Shown: positions 26,335-36,398 of the stretch, in pieces
Layout of the letters: each line of letters begins with the position of its first letter
Numbering within the stretch: the first letter of the stretch is position 1
Source of the DNA: a virus
Taxonomy: Duplodnaviria; Heunggongvirae; Uroviricota; Caudoviricetes
IMG/VR virus record: IMGVR_UViG_3300023174_000088
Span: 27,410-91,409 of that record
Length of the DNA: 64,000 nt
Reading direction: 5' to 3' (one strand)
The notes under the pieces: model-generated
Told to the model about the DNA's origin: nothing
Databases searched by the model: none
Seen by the model: the letters and a program-made list of their open reading frames with translations, nothing else
Made by a program: the position numbers and the translations under genes

Positions 26335-26510
26335 ATTCTACACACGAAGCTTTTATGATTATTGAAAGGCTGGCAGCTATGTGCGCTACAGCTGGAATTA
26401 CAGAAGAGACAAAGCAGATGGCTAATGAGCATATACAGAGGCTGTTGGACAGTGTGATTAAACCCACTGTAACAAGTCTTTCTGCCAAAAGCGCTGGGCT
26501 GCTGGTATAA
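26331..26510 (+). CDS. Small hypothetical protein (59 aa), hand-translated
   Basis: ATGA overlap with the upstream stop. Confidence 0.3.
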   Translation: MNSTHEAFMIIERLAAMCATAGITEETKQMANEHIQRLLDSVIKPTVTSLSAKSAGLLV

Positions 26511-26520
26511 AACGAGAAGG

Positions 26521-26808
26521 ATGACAAGAAAAACAAACCATTACAACCAAATTGTCAAGCTCCTGCAACAACTACATAATGCCTATCCCAATTACAATAT
26601 GGGAAGGCATATATCAACAGCGTTGTTTGACTATGGGGACTTCTGGGGAATAACAGACAATGAGCTGTTTTATGCCCTGAACAAATACAAGACACAGCTT
26701 GAAATGGATGTTCCCCATACGGACGATAAGGAGATTGACGACATCATTGAACAGGCTATGGACCTTGATAACATTCTAAAAGACGAGGATAATGGCGACA
26801 ACTATTAA
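26521..26808 (+). CDS. Hypothetical protein (95 aa)
   Basis: ORF. Confidence 0.4.
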   Translation: MTRKTNHYNQIVKLLQQLHNAYPNYNMGRHISTALFDYGDFWGITDNELFYALNKYKTQLEMDVPHTDDKEIDDIIEQAMDLDNILKDEDNGDNY

Positions 26809-27127
26809 GAAAACTACATACATCAATACAGAACTTGATTGGGCTGAAGAACAGCTCAAATCATGGAAGCAATATGTAGATGCCAACCCCCTCCATACGC
26901 TTAAAGATAGAATCGAATGGAAGCCTACTTCCAAGGGTGGCATGCTTCCAATGGTGATTGCCTCTATAGAGGCACAAGGGAAGTTTGTTCAAGAGACAAT
27001 GAAAAACTATCTTGCCTTGGTGGAAGTGGTTGAAAAACTCAGGAGCATCGAGGAGGCTAAGGTGGAAGTGAGGGGTAAGGGTGAGCTTTCGGGAATGGCT
27101 GAAGATTTCCTGAAAAACAGGAAATAA
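26792..27127 (+). CDS. Candidate terminase small subunit (by position only)
   Basis: 111-aa ORF whose TAA stop overlaps the large-terminase ATG (TAATG). Confidence 0.3.
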   Translation: MATTIKKTTYINTELDWAEEQLKSWKQYVDANPLHTLKDRIEWKPTSKGGMLPMVIASIEAQGKFVQETMKNYLALVEVVEKLRSIEEAKVEVRGKGELSGMAEDFLKNRK

Positions 27128-29151
27128 TGAATGAGCTACAGAGCATAGATTATAAGGATTGGTTCATAAACCAGAAGCGTCTTCCAGACAAGGAGAGTGC
27201 AGAATACAAACCTTTCTTTGATTTCCATAAAGATCTTTGCTTGAACGGTGCTATGATGGATGGGGTTTATATAAACCCTTTTTTGTATTGGCACCTGAAC
27301 ATCTGGCACACGGAAGTGGATGTTATAGATGAGAGAGGACGCATTTCACAGAAGTATTCCAACCCCCTGCTCAGGGACAATGAATGGTTGGTGACAAACG
27401 AAATAGACAGAGCACAGCAGGAAAAGAAAGGCTTAGTCATTCTTGGCATCAGGCGTTTTGCCAAATCTGTGCTTGAGGCCTCTTACATAGGATGGGGAGC
27501 TACATTTGACGAAAATTCACAGAACATCATCGCTGGTCTTAACGCTCCAGATATAAAGCTCATCACGGACAAGTTGGACAAGGGCCTCAACTTCCTCCCA
27601 GAATATTGGAGGTGGCAACGAATTGAGGACAACTGGAAAAACCAAGTGACTTTAGGGATTAAGACAAAGGGAGGGGAACGTATCCCATTCTCCCAAATCC
27701 TCATCCGTAACCTGGATGAAGGTAATAACGAGGAAGCCATTGCAGGTACAAAACCCCGTAAGCTCATTATAGATGAGATTGGTAAGGGGAGTTTTCTCAG
27801 AGGCTTCCAGGCTGCTGTTCCTGGTTTCACCACTCCGTATGGGTGGGGATGTTCCCCCATTCTTACAGGTACAGGTGGTGATATGAAGAAATTCATGGAT
27901 GCTAAGAGCCTTATGTTTGACGTTGACAATTTCAACTTCCTCACGTACAACAACGAGAAAGACACACAGCGTGTGCACGGGCTGTTCATTTCCTACAAGT
28001 ATAGGATGGAGGCAAAAGAGCCCTCCACGTTGGGACAGTTTCTTGACAAGCCTTCAAATAGCGACTTGCACAACGTGAAGATGCTGGTTTCAAACGATGA
28101 GAAAGCCAAGGAAATCACCACGTTCAATCTTGAGAGACTGAAAAAGGCTGGAGACAGGATAGCCTATCTGAAGGAAAAGATGTACTACCCATTGGAGGTG
28201 GACGACATCTTCCTTAATGAGGACACAAACATCTTTGATATAGAGGCAGCCAAACGTCAGAAGTTCAGGCTGCAGCAGCAGGAGAAGACAGGAACCCCTG
28301 TGATTCTGTTCAACGATGGGGAGAAGATTGCTCATGAGTTTACAGACAAGCAGCCTATTTCCAACTTTCCCCTGAAGAACAGTGATCTCAAGGATGCTCC
28401 TGTTGTCATATATGAATTTCCTGTAAGCAACCCCACATACGGACTGTATGTAGCAGGTGTGGACCCCTACAGACAGGGTAAATCAGCATATAGCTCCTCA
28501 TTAGGAGCAGTTTATATTTATAAACGTATGCATGATATTACGGGAGAGAAATACCAGGACATGTTTGTGGCAAGCTATGTAGCTCGTCCAGATAAGAAAG
28601 AAACCTGGGAGGAACAGGCCAGACTCCTGATAAAGTATTATAACGCCAGAACGCTCTGTGAGAATGATGATATATCGTTCATTGAATATATGAAGAGCAA
28701 GGGGGATGCCCACTACCTGGAAAAGCAGCCCCAATGGTTGATGGAAGTGGTTCCCAATACGACAGTGAAGCGAGAATATGGAGTGCACAGGAGTTCGCAA
28801 AAGATAATTGACTATCTTCACAACTGCTTGAAGAAGTATATGGAAGAGGTTATTCACAAAGAAAAGAACGAAGAAGGAGATGTAATAAGAGAGGTGACAG
28901 GCGTGAGCAAGATGTTCGATCCTGTTCTTCTAGAGGAAATTATACAATATAACGACGAGGGTAACTTTGACCGTATTGTGGCAGCAGAGCTAGCCATCGC
29001 TCAAGCGCTAAAGATGGATCCTATTCTTGGGAAGGTGGGAGGTAGTGGTGATGAAAGGGTGGCAGCCTTGTTCTCAAAGAAGACAAAGCCCTCCCTGTTC
29101 ACAGAATCCAGGGGGATGTTTAACACTAAAAAACGTAAACTGTTTACATAA
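27127..29151 (+). CDS. terL: Terminase large subunit
   Basis: 674 aa; deviant Walker A LGIRRFAKS; Walker B KLIIDEIG; C-terminal nuclease-like region (VAGVDPYRQGKS); sits directly upstream of the portal with a TAATG overlap. Confidence 0.75.
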   Translation: MNELQSIDYKDWFINQKRLPDKESAEYKPFFDFHKDLCLNGAMMDGVYINPFLYWHLNIWHTEVDVIDERGRISQKYSNPLLRDNEWLVTNEIDRAQQEKKGLVILGIRRFAKSVLEASYIGWGATFDENSQNIIAGLNAPDIKLITDKLDKGLNFLPEYWRWQRIEDNWKNQVTLGIKTKGGERIPFSQILIRNLDEGNNEEAIAGTKPRKLIIDEIGKGSFLRGFQAAVPGFTTPYGWGCSPILTGTGGDMKKFMDAKSLMFDVDNFNFLTYNNEKDTQRVHGLFISYKYRMEAKEPSTLGQFLDKPSNSDLHNVKMLVSNDEKAKEITTFNLERLKKAGDRIAYLKEKMYYPLEVDDIFLNEDTNIFDIEAAKRQKFRLQQQEKTGTPVILFNDGEKIAHEFTDKQPISNFPLKNSDLKDAPVVIYEFPVSNPTYGLYVAGVDPYRQGKSAYSSSLGAVYIYKRMHDITGEKYQDMFVASYVARPDKKETWEEQARLLIKYYNARTLCENDDISFIEYMKSKGDAHYLEKQPQWLMEVVPNTTVKREYGVHRSSQKIIDYLHNCLKKYMEEVIHKEKNEEGDVIREVTGVSKMFDPVLLEEIIQYNDEGNFDRIVAAELAIAQALKMDPILGKVGGSGDERVAALFSKKTKPSLFTESRGMFNTKKRKLFT

Positions 29152-31739
29152 TGGCAATTATAAGATATACAAAAGACGCTACCATCAGGTATGCCTATCT
29201 AAATATATTTCCTGATCAGTTTAAAACAGAAAAGGAAAAGCAGGACGAGAGCTGGATTAAGAACACTATGGACTACTTTGCAAATAAGGCTTATGCTGAA
29301 TATGTAAAGAACAGAGACACATTTGTTAAGAACTACGACCTTGTAAAAGGCATCCTTAGAATGGAAGACTTCTACCAGGAGCCCCAGGTGAAGAGCTTTA
29401 CAGAAATGCTCACGACAGATCTTCAACTTCCTGCATATGTCAAGCATTATTCCATCATCACCACTCCCCTCAATGAGCTTGTAGGAGAAATTACAAAGCG
29501 TCCAGATGGGTTTAGGGTGAAGGCATTTGACGATGATTCCAAGGCTGAAGAGCTGGAATACAAGACAGAGCTGCTCCAGAGTTTTGTAATAAACAGCGCC
29601 AAGGAAAAGATTATGCAGAAGGCCATGATGGAAGGTGCTGAAATTGAAGAAGAACAGCTTCAGGAAATGACAATGGAAGATGTGAAAGATGAGCTGGATA
29701 GCTACACATCTGTAGCTGAAAAATGGGCCAATCATGTACTGACATGTCAAAAAGCAGAATTCAATATAAAAGAAAAGAGCGAAGACGCATTCCGAGATCT
29801 TTGTATTTCGGCAAGAGAATTCTACCACATATATGAAGATAATTCCAAACTGGGTTTTAATATTGAAGTGGCAAATCCTAAGAACACATGGTTTCTTACC
29901 ACTCCTGATAGAAAATATATTTCAGATCCCACAGGTAGAGCACAAGGTGCTTATGCTGCTGGCACTGTCATGGTGATGGAGCTTTCTGAGATAATTGAAA
30001 GTATTCCCGATCTGACAAAGGATGAGATTGACCATCTGAGGTCATCCCTCCAAGACTATGGACTCATCAACGTACGTGAGTCCAACCTGGGAAATCCTGA
30101 TGCTATTCCTGGTATAGACTCTGTACAATACGATACCTACGATCCTCTCGTTCTCCAGACAAGGATGATTATAGAGAGCGAAATGAAAGAGAACGACGAT
30201 GGGCTTAAGGACTTCCTTGGACTCACATCAAATGTCTCTTCTTTTGGATATAAATACGTGGTGGTTAGGGCCTATTGGATTTCAAAGAAGAAGATAGGCA
30301 AGCTCATCTATTTGGACCAAGTGGGCAATGAGCAGTCTATGCTTGTGGATGAATCCTACAAGAGTGGCACCATCCCCACACAGCAGTCCCTTGACTGGGG
30401 ATGGATTAATCAGTGGTATCAGGGCATCAAGATTGGTCCAGACATCTACCACATCAAGCCATATAAGCTATTAACTTATTGTCCTATAATCGGGCTTACA
30501 CATGAAATCAAGAACACTGAAGCCAAGAGCTTGATTGATATGATGAAGCCCTTCCAGGTGCTGTACAATGTGTGCATGAACCAGCTCTACAAGCTTCTTG
30601 AGAAAGAAGTGGGTAAGGTCTATCTGACATCCATCAGGCACGTACCTGTTCCTAAAGATGGAGATGCTCAAGATGCATTAGATGTCTGGGAAATGGAAGC
30701 CAGGAACAGAGGGGTGGTTTTCATTGACGATTCTCCAGAGAACCTCAAATCCCCATCCTCCTTCAACCAGTTTAGAGACATAGATCTCACACGTACGCAA
30801 GAGATCCAGTCTCGTTACACACTGGCTCAACAACTCAAGAACGAGTGTTGGGAACTTGTTGGTATGAGCAGACAAAGGCTTGGATCAATTCAAGCTTCTG
30901 AATCTGCAACAGGAACCAACGCAGCAATTCAACAATCCTATGCTCAAACAGAGCCTCTGTTTGTGGCGCATGAATACGTAATGGGTCAGCTCTACCAAGC
31001 AATAATTGATGCTGCCCTATATGTTGAAAGCAAAAAGCCACAATCTACCCTCTCGTATATAACATCGGAGGGTGAATCAGCATTTGTGCAGGTGAACGGA
31101 TCTGACCTGAAGTTCCGTGATTTGAAGGTGTTCCTAACAAATCGTCCTGATGACACGCAAATGTTCAATGAGCTTAGGCAACTTGCACAGCCTCTTATGC
31201 AGAATGGAGGCAGTCTGTACGACGTTATTCATCTGTATTCCACCAAGTCTGTAAGGGAAATGAAGAAGGTGTTCAAGACCCTTAAGGACAAGCAGGAGTC
31301 TATGCAGCAACAGCAAATGCAAATGCAGCAGCAACAGATGGAGCAGCAACAACAACAAGCTGAGGCTCAATTGCAACAGCAGGCTGTTATGGCTGAGCAG
31401 AAGATTGCTCATGACGACTACCAGAAGGAGCTTGACAGAATCAATAAGAAGGAAATTGCCATCATCCAGGCTACAGGATTTGGTAATGTTGAAGCTGAAG
31501 ACGTTAACGCAAACGCTGTTCCTGATGTCCTTGAGGTGAGCAAGCTGGCAAATGATCAGCAGAAAGCAGCAAAAGATCTGCAGGTTAAGATGGCAGATAT
31601 TGCTTCCAAGAACAAACAGGCTTCTGATAAGATGGCCCTTGAGAGGGAAAAGCTTCAGGTGGCTAGGGAAAACCAGGCAAATGATCTGGCCATTGCTAAA
31701 GAGAACGCCAAAGGTAGAAACAAAAAACCATCTAAATAA
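29151..31739 (+). CDS. Portal protein (862 aa) with a Gln-rich low-complexity C-terminal region
   Basis: Size and position between the large terminase and the scaffold/capsid genes; QQQQMQMQQQQMEQQQQQAEAQLQQQ tract. Confidence 0.65.
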   Translation: MAIIRYTKDATIRYAYLNIFPDQFKTEKEKQDESWIKNTMDYFANKAYAEYVKNRDTFVKNYDLVKGILRMEDFYQEPQVKSFTEMLTTDLQLPAYVKHYSIITTPLNELVGEITKRPDGFRVKAFDDDSKAEELEYKTELLQSFVINSAKEKIMQKAMMEGAEIEEEQLQEMTMEDVKDELDSYTSVAEKWANHVLTCQKAEFNIKEKSEDAFRDLCISAREFYHIYEDNSKLGFNIEVANPKNTWFLTTPDRKYISDPTGRAQGAYAAGTVMVMELSEIIESIPDLTKDEIDHLRSSLQDYGLINVRESNLGNPDAIPGIDSVQYDTYDPLVLQTRMIIESEMKENDDGLKDFLGLTSNVSSFGYKYVVVRAYWISKKKIGKLIYLDQVGNEQSMLVDESYKSGTIPTQQSLDWGWINQWYQGIKIGPDIYHIKPYKLLTYCPIIGLTHEIKNTEAKSLIDMMKPFQVLYNVCMNQLYKLLEKEVGKVYLTSIRHVPVPKDGDAQDALDVWEMEARNRGVVFIDDSPENLKSPSSFNQFRDIDLTRTQEIQSRYTLAQQLKNECWELVGMSRQRLGSIQASESATGTNAAIQQSYAQTEPLFVAHEYVMGQLYQAIIDAALYVESKKPQSTLSYITSEGESAFVQVNGSDLKFRDLKVFLTNRPDDTQMFNELRQLAQPLMQNGGSLYDVIHLYSTKSVREMKKVFKTLKDKQESMQQQQMQMQQQQMEQQQQQAEAQLQQQAVMAEQKIAHDDYQKELDRINKKEIAIIQATGFGNVEAEDVNANAVPDVLEVSKLANDQQKAAKDLQVKMADIASKNKQASDKMALEREKLQVARENQANDLAIAKENAKGRNKKPSK

Positions 31740-32269
31740 TGTTTGATAAACTAATAGATGTCCTAATACAGTGGATATCTGACTTCCTGCCAATAGTGAT
31801 TATTCCTTCGTATGAGGAGGGTGTGCGACTGAGATGTGGCAAGTTCAAAGATGTGCTACGCCCAGGATTGCATTTTAAAATACCCTTCTTTGACGAAATC
31901 ATACGTCAGCACATAGTGGTGACAACATTGAGTCTGCCATCCCAGTCACTTTACACAAAGGACAAGCAGAATTTCGTTTGTAAAAGTGTAATCAAATACA
32001 GAATTTCAAACGTAAAAATGTTTCTCCTGGAGGTGTATGATGCTAAAGATGCATTGTCAGACATGACCCTTAGCATCATTAAGGATGTAATCACATCCCT
32101 ACCGTCAGAAAAGTGCATCGATCCAAGCATTGACAGCCTCTTGACAAAGAAAGCTAGGGTGGAAGCTAGGAAGTGGGGAGTGGAAATACAGCAGGTGACA
32201 CTCACTGATATAGCCCCAATCAGGAGTTTTCGAATCATAAACGATAGTTTTTTAAACAAACTTGATTAA
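31739..32269 (+). CDS. SPFH/band-7 (stomatin/prohibitin-like) domain protein
   Basis: RCGKFKDVLRPGLHFKIPFFDEIIRQHIVVTTLSLP matches the SPFH N-terminal signature (PGLHFKIPFIDxV...). Confidence 0.55.
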   Translation: MFDKLIDVLIQWISDFLPIVIIPSYEEGVRLRCGKFKDVLRPGLHFKIPFFDEIIRQHIVVTTLSLPSQSLYTKDKQNFVCKSVIKYRISNVKMFLLEVYDAKDALSDMTLSIIKDVITSLPSEKCIDPSIDSLLTKKARVEARKWGVEIQQVTLTDIAPIRSFRIINDSFLNKLD

Positions 32270-32283
32270 GTGAATTTACATTA

Positions 32284-32319
32284 ATGCTATATTAACCAGA
32301 AATTTGGTTTATATAGCAT
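32284..32319 (+). promoter_or_regulatory. Long near-perfect hairpin (15-bp stem, one mismatch, 6-nt loop) between the SPFH and scaffold genes
   Basis: ATGCTATATTAACCA-gaaatt-TGGTTtATATAGCAT read directly. Confidence 0.45.
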
Positions 32320-32389
32320 CTCATCTCTTTGTTATTAAACTATTACAAACTATTTTTACACTCTCAAAACCAACAAAATACAACTACAT

Positions 32390-33649
32390 ATGGCTGAAAA
32401 CTTAGAAAATCCCTCATTTGGGAACTTTAGTATTGAAAACACTATTGAGATGGGAGCTGGAAATGCAGAACTTCTGCAAGATTTGCTAGCTCCTGAAACT
32501 TCTACATCTAGCCCTGACGAGATTAAGAGCATCGAAACTCCAGAACCTCAGAAGGAAGAAGCTCCAAAAGCTGGTGCTGAAAAGAAAGAAGCTCCCAAAG
32601 AAGATGCTGCCAAAAGCATTCAAGACTTTCTCTCCACTGGTGAGAATGAGGAAGAAGAGGAAGAAGAAGCTCCTGCCCCAACAAAAGCAAAAGCTGCAGC
32701 TAAAAAAGCTGAGCCTGAGCCCACTTCAGAAGAAGAAGAGGGAGAAGCTGAACCAGAGGTTTCCCAATTCGGAGCCCTTGCAAACGATCTGTTCAAGCTT
32801 GGCGTATTCTCTAAAGATGATGATGAGGAAGAAGATGTTCAAATCACTACAGCTGAAGAGTTCCTTGAAAGATTCCAGGAGGAAAAGAAGAAAGGGGCTA
32901 TTGAGGTGGTTAACAACTTCATTGGTCAGTTTGGAGAAGACTACCAACAAGCATTTGATGCCATATTCGTAAAAGGTGTACATCCCAAAGAATACTTTGG
33001 TGCTTATAACAATGTATCAAGCTTTGCTGAAATGGACCTCTCTGATGAGTCAAATCAGGTGGCGATTCTCAAGCAAGCTCTTACAGATCAGGGATTCGAA
33101 CCTGAAGATATCTCTACAGAGGTTGAAAGACTGAAAAACTACGGTGATCTTGAGAGCGTAGCTCAAAAACATCACAAAGTGCTGGTCAAGAAAGAAGCTG
33201 CCAAGCTCCATCAGATGGAGCAGAAAGCTGAAATAGAGATGCAGCAAAAAACGGCCATAAGAAATCAATACATAAACAATGTCCAAAGCGTTCTCCAAGA
33301 GAAGCTGAAGACAAAGGAGTTTGATGGTATTCCCATCAATCCTAAACTGGCCAACGAACTACAGGATTTTCTGCTGGTAGATAAGTATAAGACAGCATCT
33401 GGAGAAACACTCACAGATTTTGATCGCACTATTCTAGAACTGAAAAGACCCGAAAACCACGGAACAAAGGTGAAGGTTGCTCTTCTGCTCAAGATTTTGG
33501 AAAAAGACCCCACCCTATCCACCATTCAGAAATCAGGTATAAGTAAAAAGTCAAACGAACTGTTTGGTGAAGTGGCAAGACAAGTGAGCAAGAGTGGAGT
33601 GAAATCCTCCAACAACAACCCTCAGAAATCCAATTCATGGTTTTTATAA
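32390..33649 (+). CDS. Putative scaffolding protein (acidic, low-complexity, coiled-coil)
   Basis: EEEEEEEAPAPTKAKAAAKK, E/K-rich helices; immediately upstream of the major capsid gene. Confidence 0.55.
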   Translation: MAENLENPSFGNFSIENTIEMGAGNAELLQDLLAPETSTSSPDEIKSIETPEPQKEEAPKAGAEKKEAPKEDAAKSIQDFLSTGENEEEEEEEAPAPTKAKAAAKKAEPEPTSEEEEGEAEPEVSQFGALANDLFKLGVFSKDDDEEEDVQITTAEEFLERFQEEKKKGAIEVVNNFIGQFGEDYQQAFDAIFVKGVHPKEYFGAYNNVSSFAEMDLSDESNQVAILKQALTDQGFEPEDISTEVERLKNYGDLESVAQKHHKVLVKKEAAKLHQMEQKAEIEMQQKTAIRNQYINNVQSVLQEKLKTKEFDGIPINPKLANELQDFLLVDKYKTASGETLTDFDRTILELKRPENHGTKVKVALLLKILEKDPTLSTIQKSGISKKSNELFGEVARQVSKSGVKSSNNNPQKSNSWFL

Positions 33650-33686
33650 AACAAATTCATAACATTAATTAAAAAAGGATAACAAA

Positions 33687-35240
33687 ATGGCAATTCAAAC
33701 AATCCCAGGCCTCACTGGTTTTACTTACGCACGTGTTGCCTCTATGGACAAACGTGCTGTGGGTAAACTCACAGATGCTAACCACCTGGAAAGCTTCCAC
33801 TCTACAGAACCTGCTGACTACGATAAAAAAATCATCAGTCTGTACACCCAGAGTTCATTGTATAGCAATGACTTCCTGGACATGATTAACAAAAGCACAC
33901 CTTATTATATTGATAATAATAGTGATGCTTGGAAATGGCAAGTTGCTGTTCCCTACAAATTCCCTAAAATCATCGCCATCCCATCAGCTACAACTGGTAA
34001 TGTGGGTATTGATGGTCAGGAATTCACCCTGGTGCTTGACACTAACGAGTTCTCTAAGAACGCTATTGTTTCTGTAGGTTCTCGTCAATACGGTCCTCGC
34101 TTCTATGTAACCAAAGATCCTATTCCTTGGAACATGGGCTTTCTGTATACATTCACTCTGGTAACTGATAATCCCACAGTGGATTTTGTAGCTGTTTCAG
34201 GTCCTTTCCTGCAAATCGGTACTGAACTGGAACTGGTTGATGCTGCCATTGGTGAATTCGATCAAGACCTTTTGGGATTGCCTCGTCTGGGTGAGCAAAT
34301 CACAATGTTTGAATCTCTTGGTTCTGCATATGGTTTTGAGCACAAAATCACTGAATGGGCTGATGACAAGATGATGCGTGATGCTTCTGGTAAGCCTCTT
34401 GACATCCTTGTATATGCTCCTCAGCGTAGGAACCAACTTCCTCTTACACGTAATGACGTTAAATGGGAACCGTTCATCGAGTTCTGGATGCGTAAGTCTA
34501 TGCTTGAACTGAAAGTTAAGCGTATGATTTGGAGCAAGCCTGGTACCGTTAAGACCAACGGATCTAAGCAAGAACTGAAGCGTACCTCTGCTGGTGTATA
34601 CCACAGAATGCGTAACAACGGTAACCTGGTTCAATACAACCGTGGTGAATTCTCTGCAAATCTGATTCGTTCTGTATTTGGTGATCTGTTCTACCGTCGT
34701 GTGGATGTTAAAGATCGTCGTGTTAAAATGTACACTAACGAGGCTGGATTTGACGTGTTCCAACAAGCTCTTAAGGCTGACGCTCTGAATAGTGGTCTCA
34801 CTTTCATGGCTGATTCTGGAAATCGTTACCTGCAAGGCGAAGGTCAGCACATCACTTACAACTTTGCATTCGATGCAATGGTTACACGTGAGACTGGTCG
34901 TGTTGAACTGATTCACCTGAAAGAACTTGATCTGCCCCAATCCAACTTGGAATTTGGTCAGAACAAGAAGAGCACACCTGTATTCATGGTGTTTGATGTT
35001 AGTCCGATGAGCGATGGTTCAATGGTTAACAACATCCGTGAGGTAAGAATGAAAGGTGCTCCTTCCATGACTTGGGGATATATTGATGGTACTCGTCATC
35101 ACCTGGGCTTTGCTAAGTCTCAAGGTATGAGCTCTGCCAACAAGTTCCCTGGTTATGAAATCTGGATGAAAGACCGTTGTGATGTTTTCATCGAGGATCT
35201 GTCTCGCACTGTCCTGATTGAAGAGATTCCGCAGTTCTAA
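33687..35240 (+). CDS. Major capsid protein (517 aa)
   Basis: Position after portal and scaffold, size, codon usage typical of a highly expressed gene, followed by a strong terminator. Confidence 0.65.
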   Translation: MAIQTIPGLTGFTYARVASMDKRAVGKLTDANHLESFHSTEPADYDKKIISLYTQSSLYSNDFLDMINKSTPYYIDNNSDAWKWQVAVPYKFPKIIAIPSATTGNVGIDGQEFTLVLDTNEFSKNAIVSVGSRQYGPRFYVTKDPIPWNMGFLYTFTLVTDNPTVDFVAVSGPFLQIGTELELVDAAIGEFDQDLLGLPRLGEQITMFESLGSAYGFEHKITEWADDKMMRDASGKPLDILVYAPQRRNQLPLTRNDVKWEPFIEFWMRKSMLELKVKRMIWSKPGTVKTNGSKQELKRTSAGVYHRMRNNGNLVQYNRGEFSANLIRSVFGDLFYRRVDVKDRRVKMYTNEAGFDVFQQALKADALNSGLTFMADSGNRYLQGEGQHITYNFAFDAMVTRETGRVELIHLKELDLPQSNLEFGQNKKSTPVFMVFDVSPMSDGSMVNNIREVRMKGAPSMTWGYIDGTRHHLGFAKSQGMSSANKFPGYEIWMKDRCDVFIEDLSRTVLIEEIPQF

Positions 35241-35300
35241 TATACGTACTGGTGCTGCTTACCGTAAGATCAGCTCATCAGTCTTCACAAATCCTACCGA

Positions 35301-35340
35301 GAAGAGAATACCCCCAACATTCGGAGTTGGGGGGCTCTTC
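35301..35340 (+). terminator. Terminator hairpin after the major capsid gene
   Basis: GAAGAG-aata-CCCCCAAC-attcgga-GTTGGGGG-g-CTCTTC nested stems. Confidence 0.55.
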
Positions 35341-35348
35341 TCAAACTA

Positions 35349-35407
35349 CAGAGATGAGGATTGGAATACGTTCCAATTGCTGTGAGGTTCGATTCTCACA
35401 TCTCTGC
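35349..35407 (+). ncRNA. tRNA-like element lacking a D-arm: acceptor-like 7-bp stem, a 7-bp tetraloop hairpin, and a canonical T-arm GTGAG-GTTCGATT-CTCAC, ending in discriminator C
   Basis: CAGAGAT (35349-35355) pairs with ATCTCTG (35400-35406); the T-loop GTTCGATTC is the tRNA T-loop consensus; no anticodon loop. Confidence 0.35.
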
Positions 35408-35429
35408 TAATTAAAACCACAACTACATT

Positions 35430-36398
35430 ATGGGCAAAATTGGAAAAATATCCACAATCAAGAGGGATTACAACAACTCGCAGCTTCAAACAATGCAAGG
35501 AGGTCTTGCACTGAAAGGAATGACAAGGGTTCCTGGTACAGGCGTATTCAAGTATCCTTATAAGGAACTTGATGGACAATACAGAACAGGACTTGATCCT
35601 AATGCTGCTTACATCAGAAGGATTTCCGATCCTCTTGAGAGAGAAATGGAAATCGAACGTATTACAACAACAAGAAAAAGACTTGAAGTGTCAATGGGAG
35701 ATATTGATTTGGGACCTCGTTCTTCCTTCTGGAATTACGGACTTTCCCTCTCTACAGAAGACATGATGCATGTGCAAGCTGTAAAACTGATCGATGGAGA
35801 CAACTTCTTTGATCTAAGTAATCCTTTTCAAGAGCTTACATTCTCTTGGTTGCGTGTACATCCTACAATTGCAAGTTCTTTTCAAGCCTGGGAAAGAGGT
35901 GAATATCCTGCTGACACCCAGTTTTACGTAGCTGATGAAGAGATTGAAAACGCAGTGGTGTACAAGAAGAAGCAACTCATCAATAAGGCTATTGTCAAGT
36001 TTGACAGTATGACTCCTGATAGGAAGAAGAAGGTTGCTCGTCTGTTGGGACTTCCTGTTACAGATGATACAAAAGAAGAAGCTGTATATAACCTTGTGGA
36101 TAACATATTAAAGCAAACAGAATTCAAGAACGGTAAATACCAAGGACTCAATCCTGTAGAAGTGTTTACAAGGTTTGCTGATATGAAAGAAAATTTGCTC
36201 CATATTAAAGATCTTGTAAAACAAGCAATTACACATTCTGTCTATAGAACAAAGCCTAATGGAAAGATTTACGAAGGTGAATTTGAAGTGGCTAAAGATG
36301 AAGACGATTTGGTGAAGTTCTTAGCAGATGATGATAATCAGGATGAACTGATTACGCTTGAGCAAAAATTGAAAACTAAGAAACTCGCTGCTGTATGA
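35430..36398 (+). CDS. Virion structural protein (322 aa), function unknown
   Basis: ORF directly downstream of the capsid gene in the structural operon. Confidence 0.5.
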   Translation: MGKIGKISTIKRDYNNSQLQTMQGGLALKGMTRVPGTGVFKYPYKELDGQYRTGLDPNAAYIRRISDPLEREMEIERITTTRKRLEVSMGDIDLGPRSSFWNYGLSLSTEDMMHVQAVKLIDGDNFFDLSNPFQELTFSWLRVHPTIASSFQAWERGEYPADTQFYVADEEIENAVVYKKKQLINKAIVKFDSMTPDRKKKVARLLGLPVTDDTKEEAVYNLVDNILKQTEFKNGKYQGLNPVEVFTRFADMKENLLHIKDLVKQAITHSVYRTKPNGKIYEGEFEVAKDEDDLVKFLADDDNQDELITLEQKLKTKKLAAV

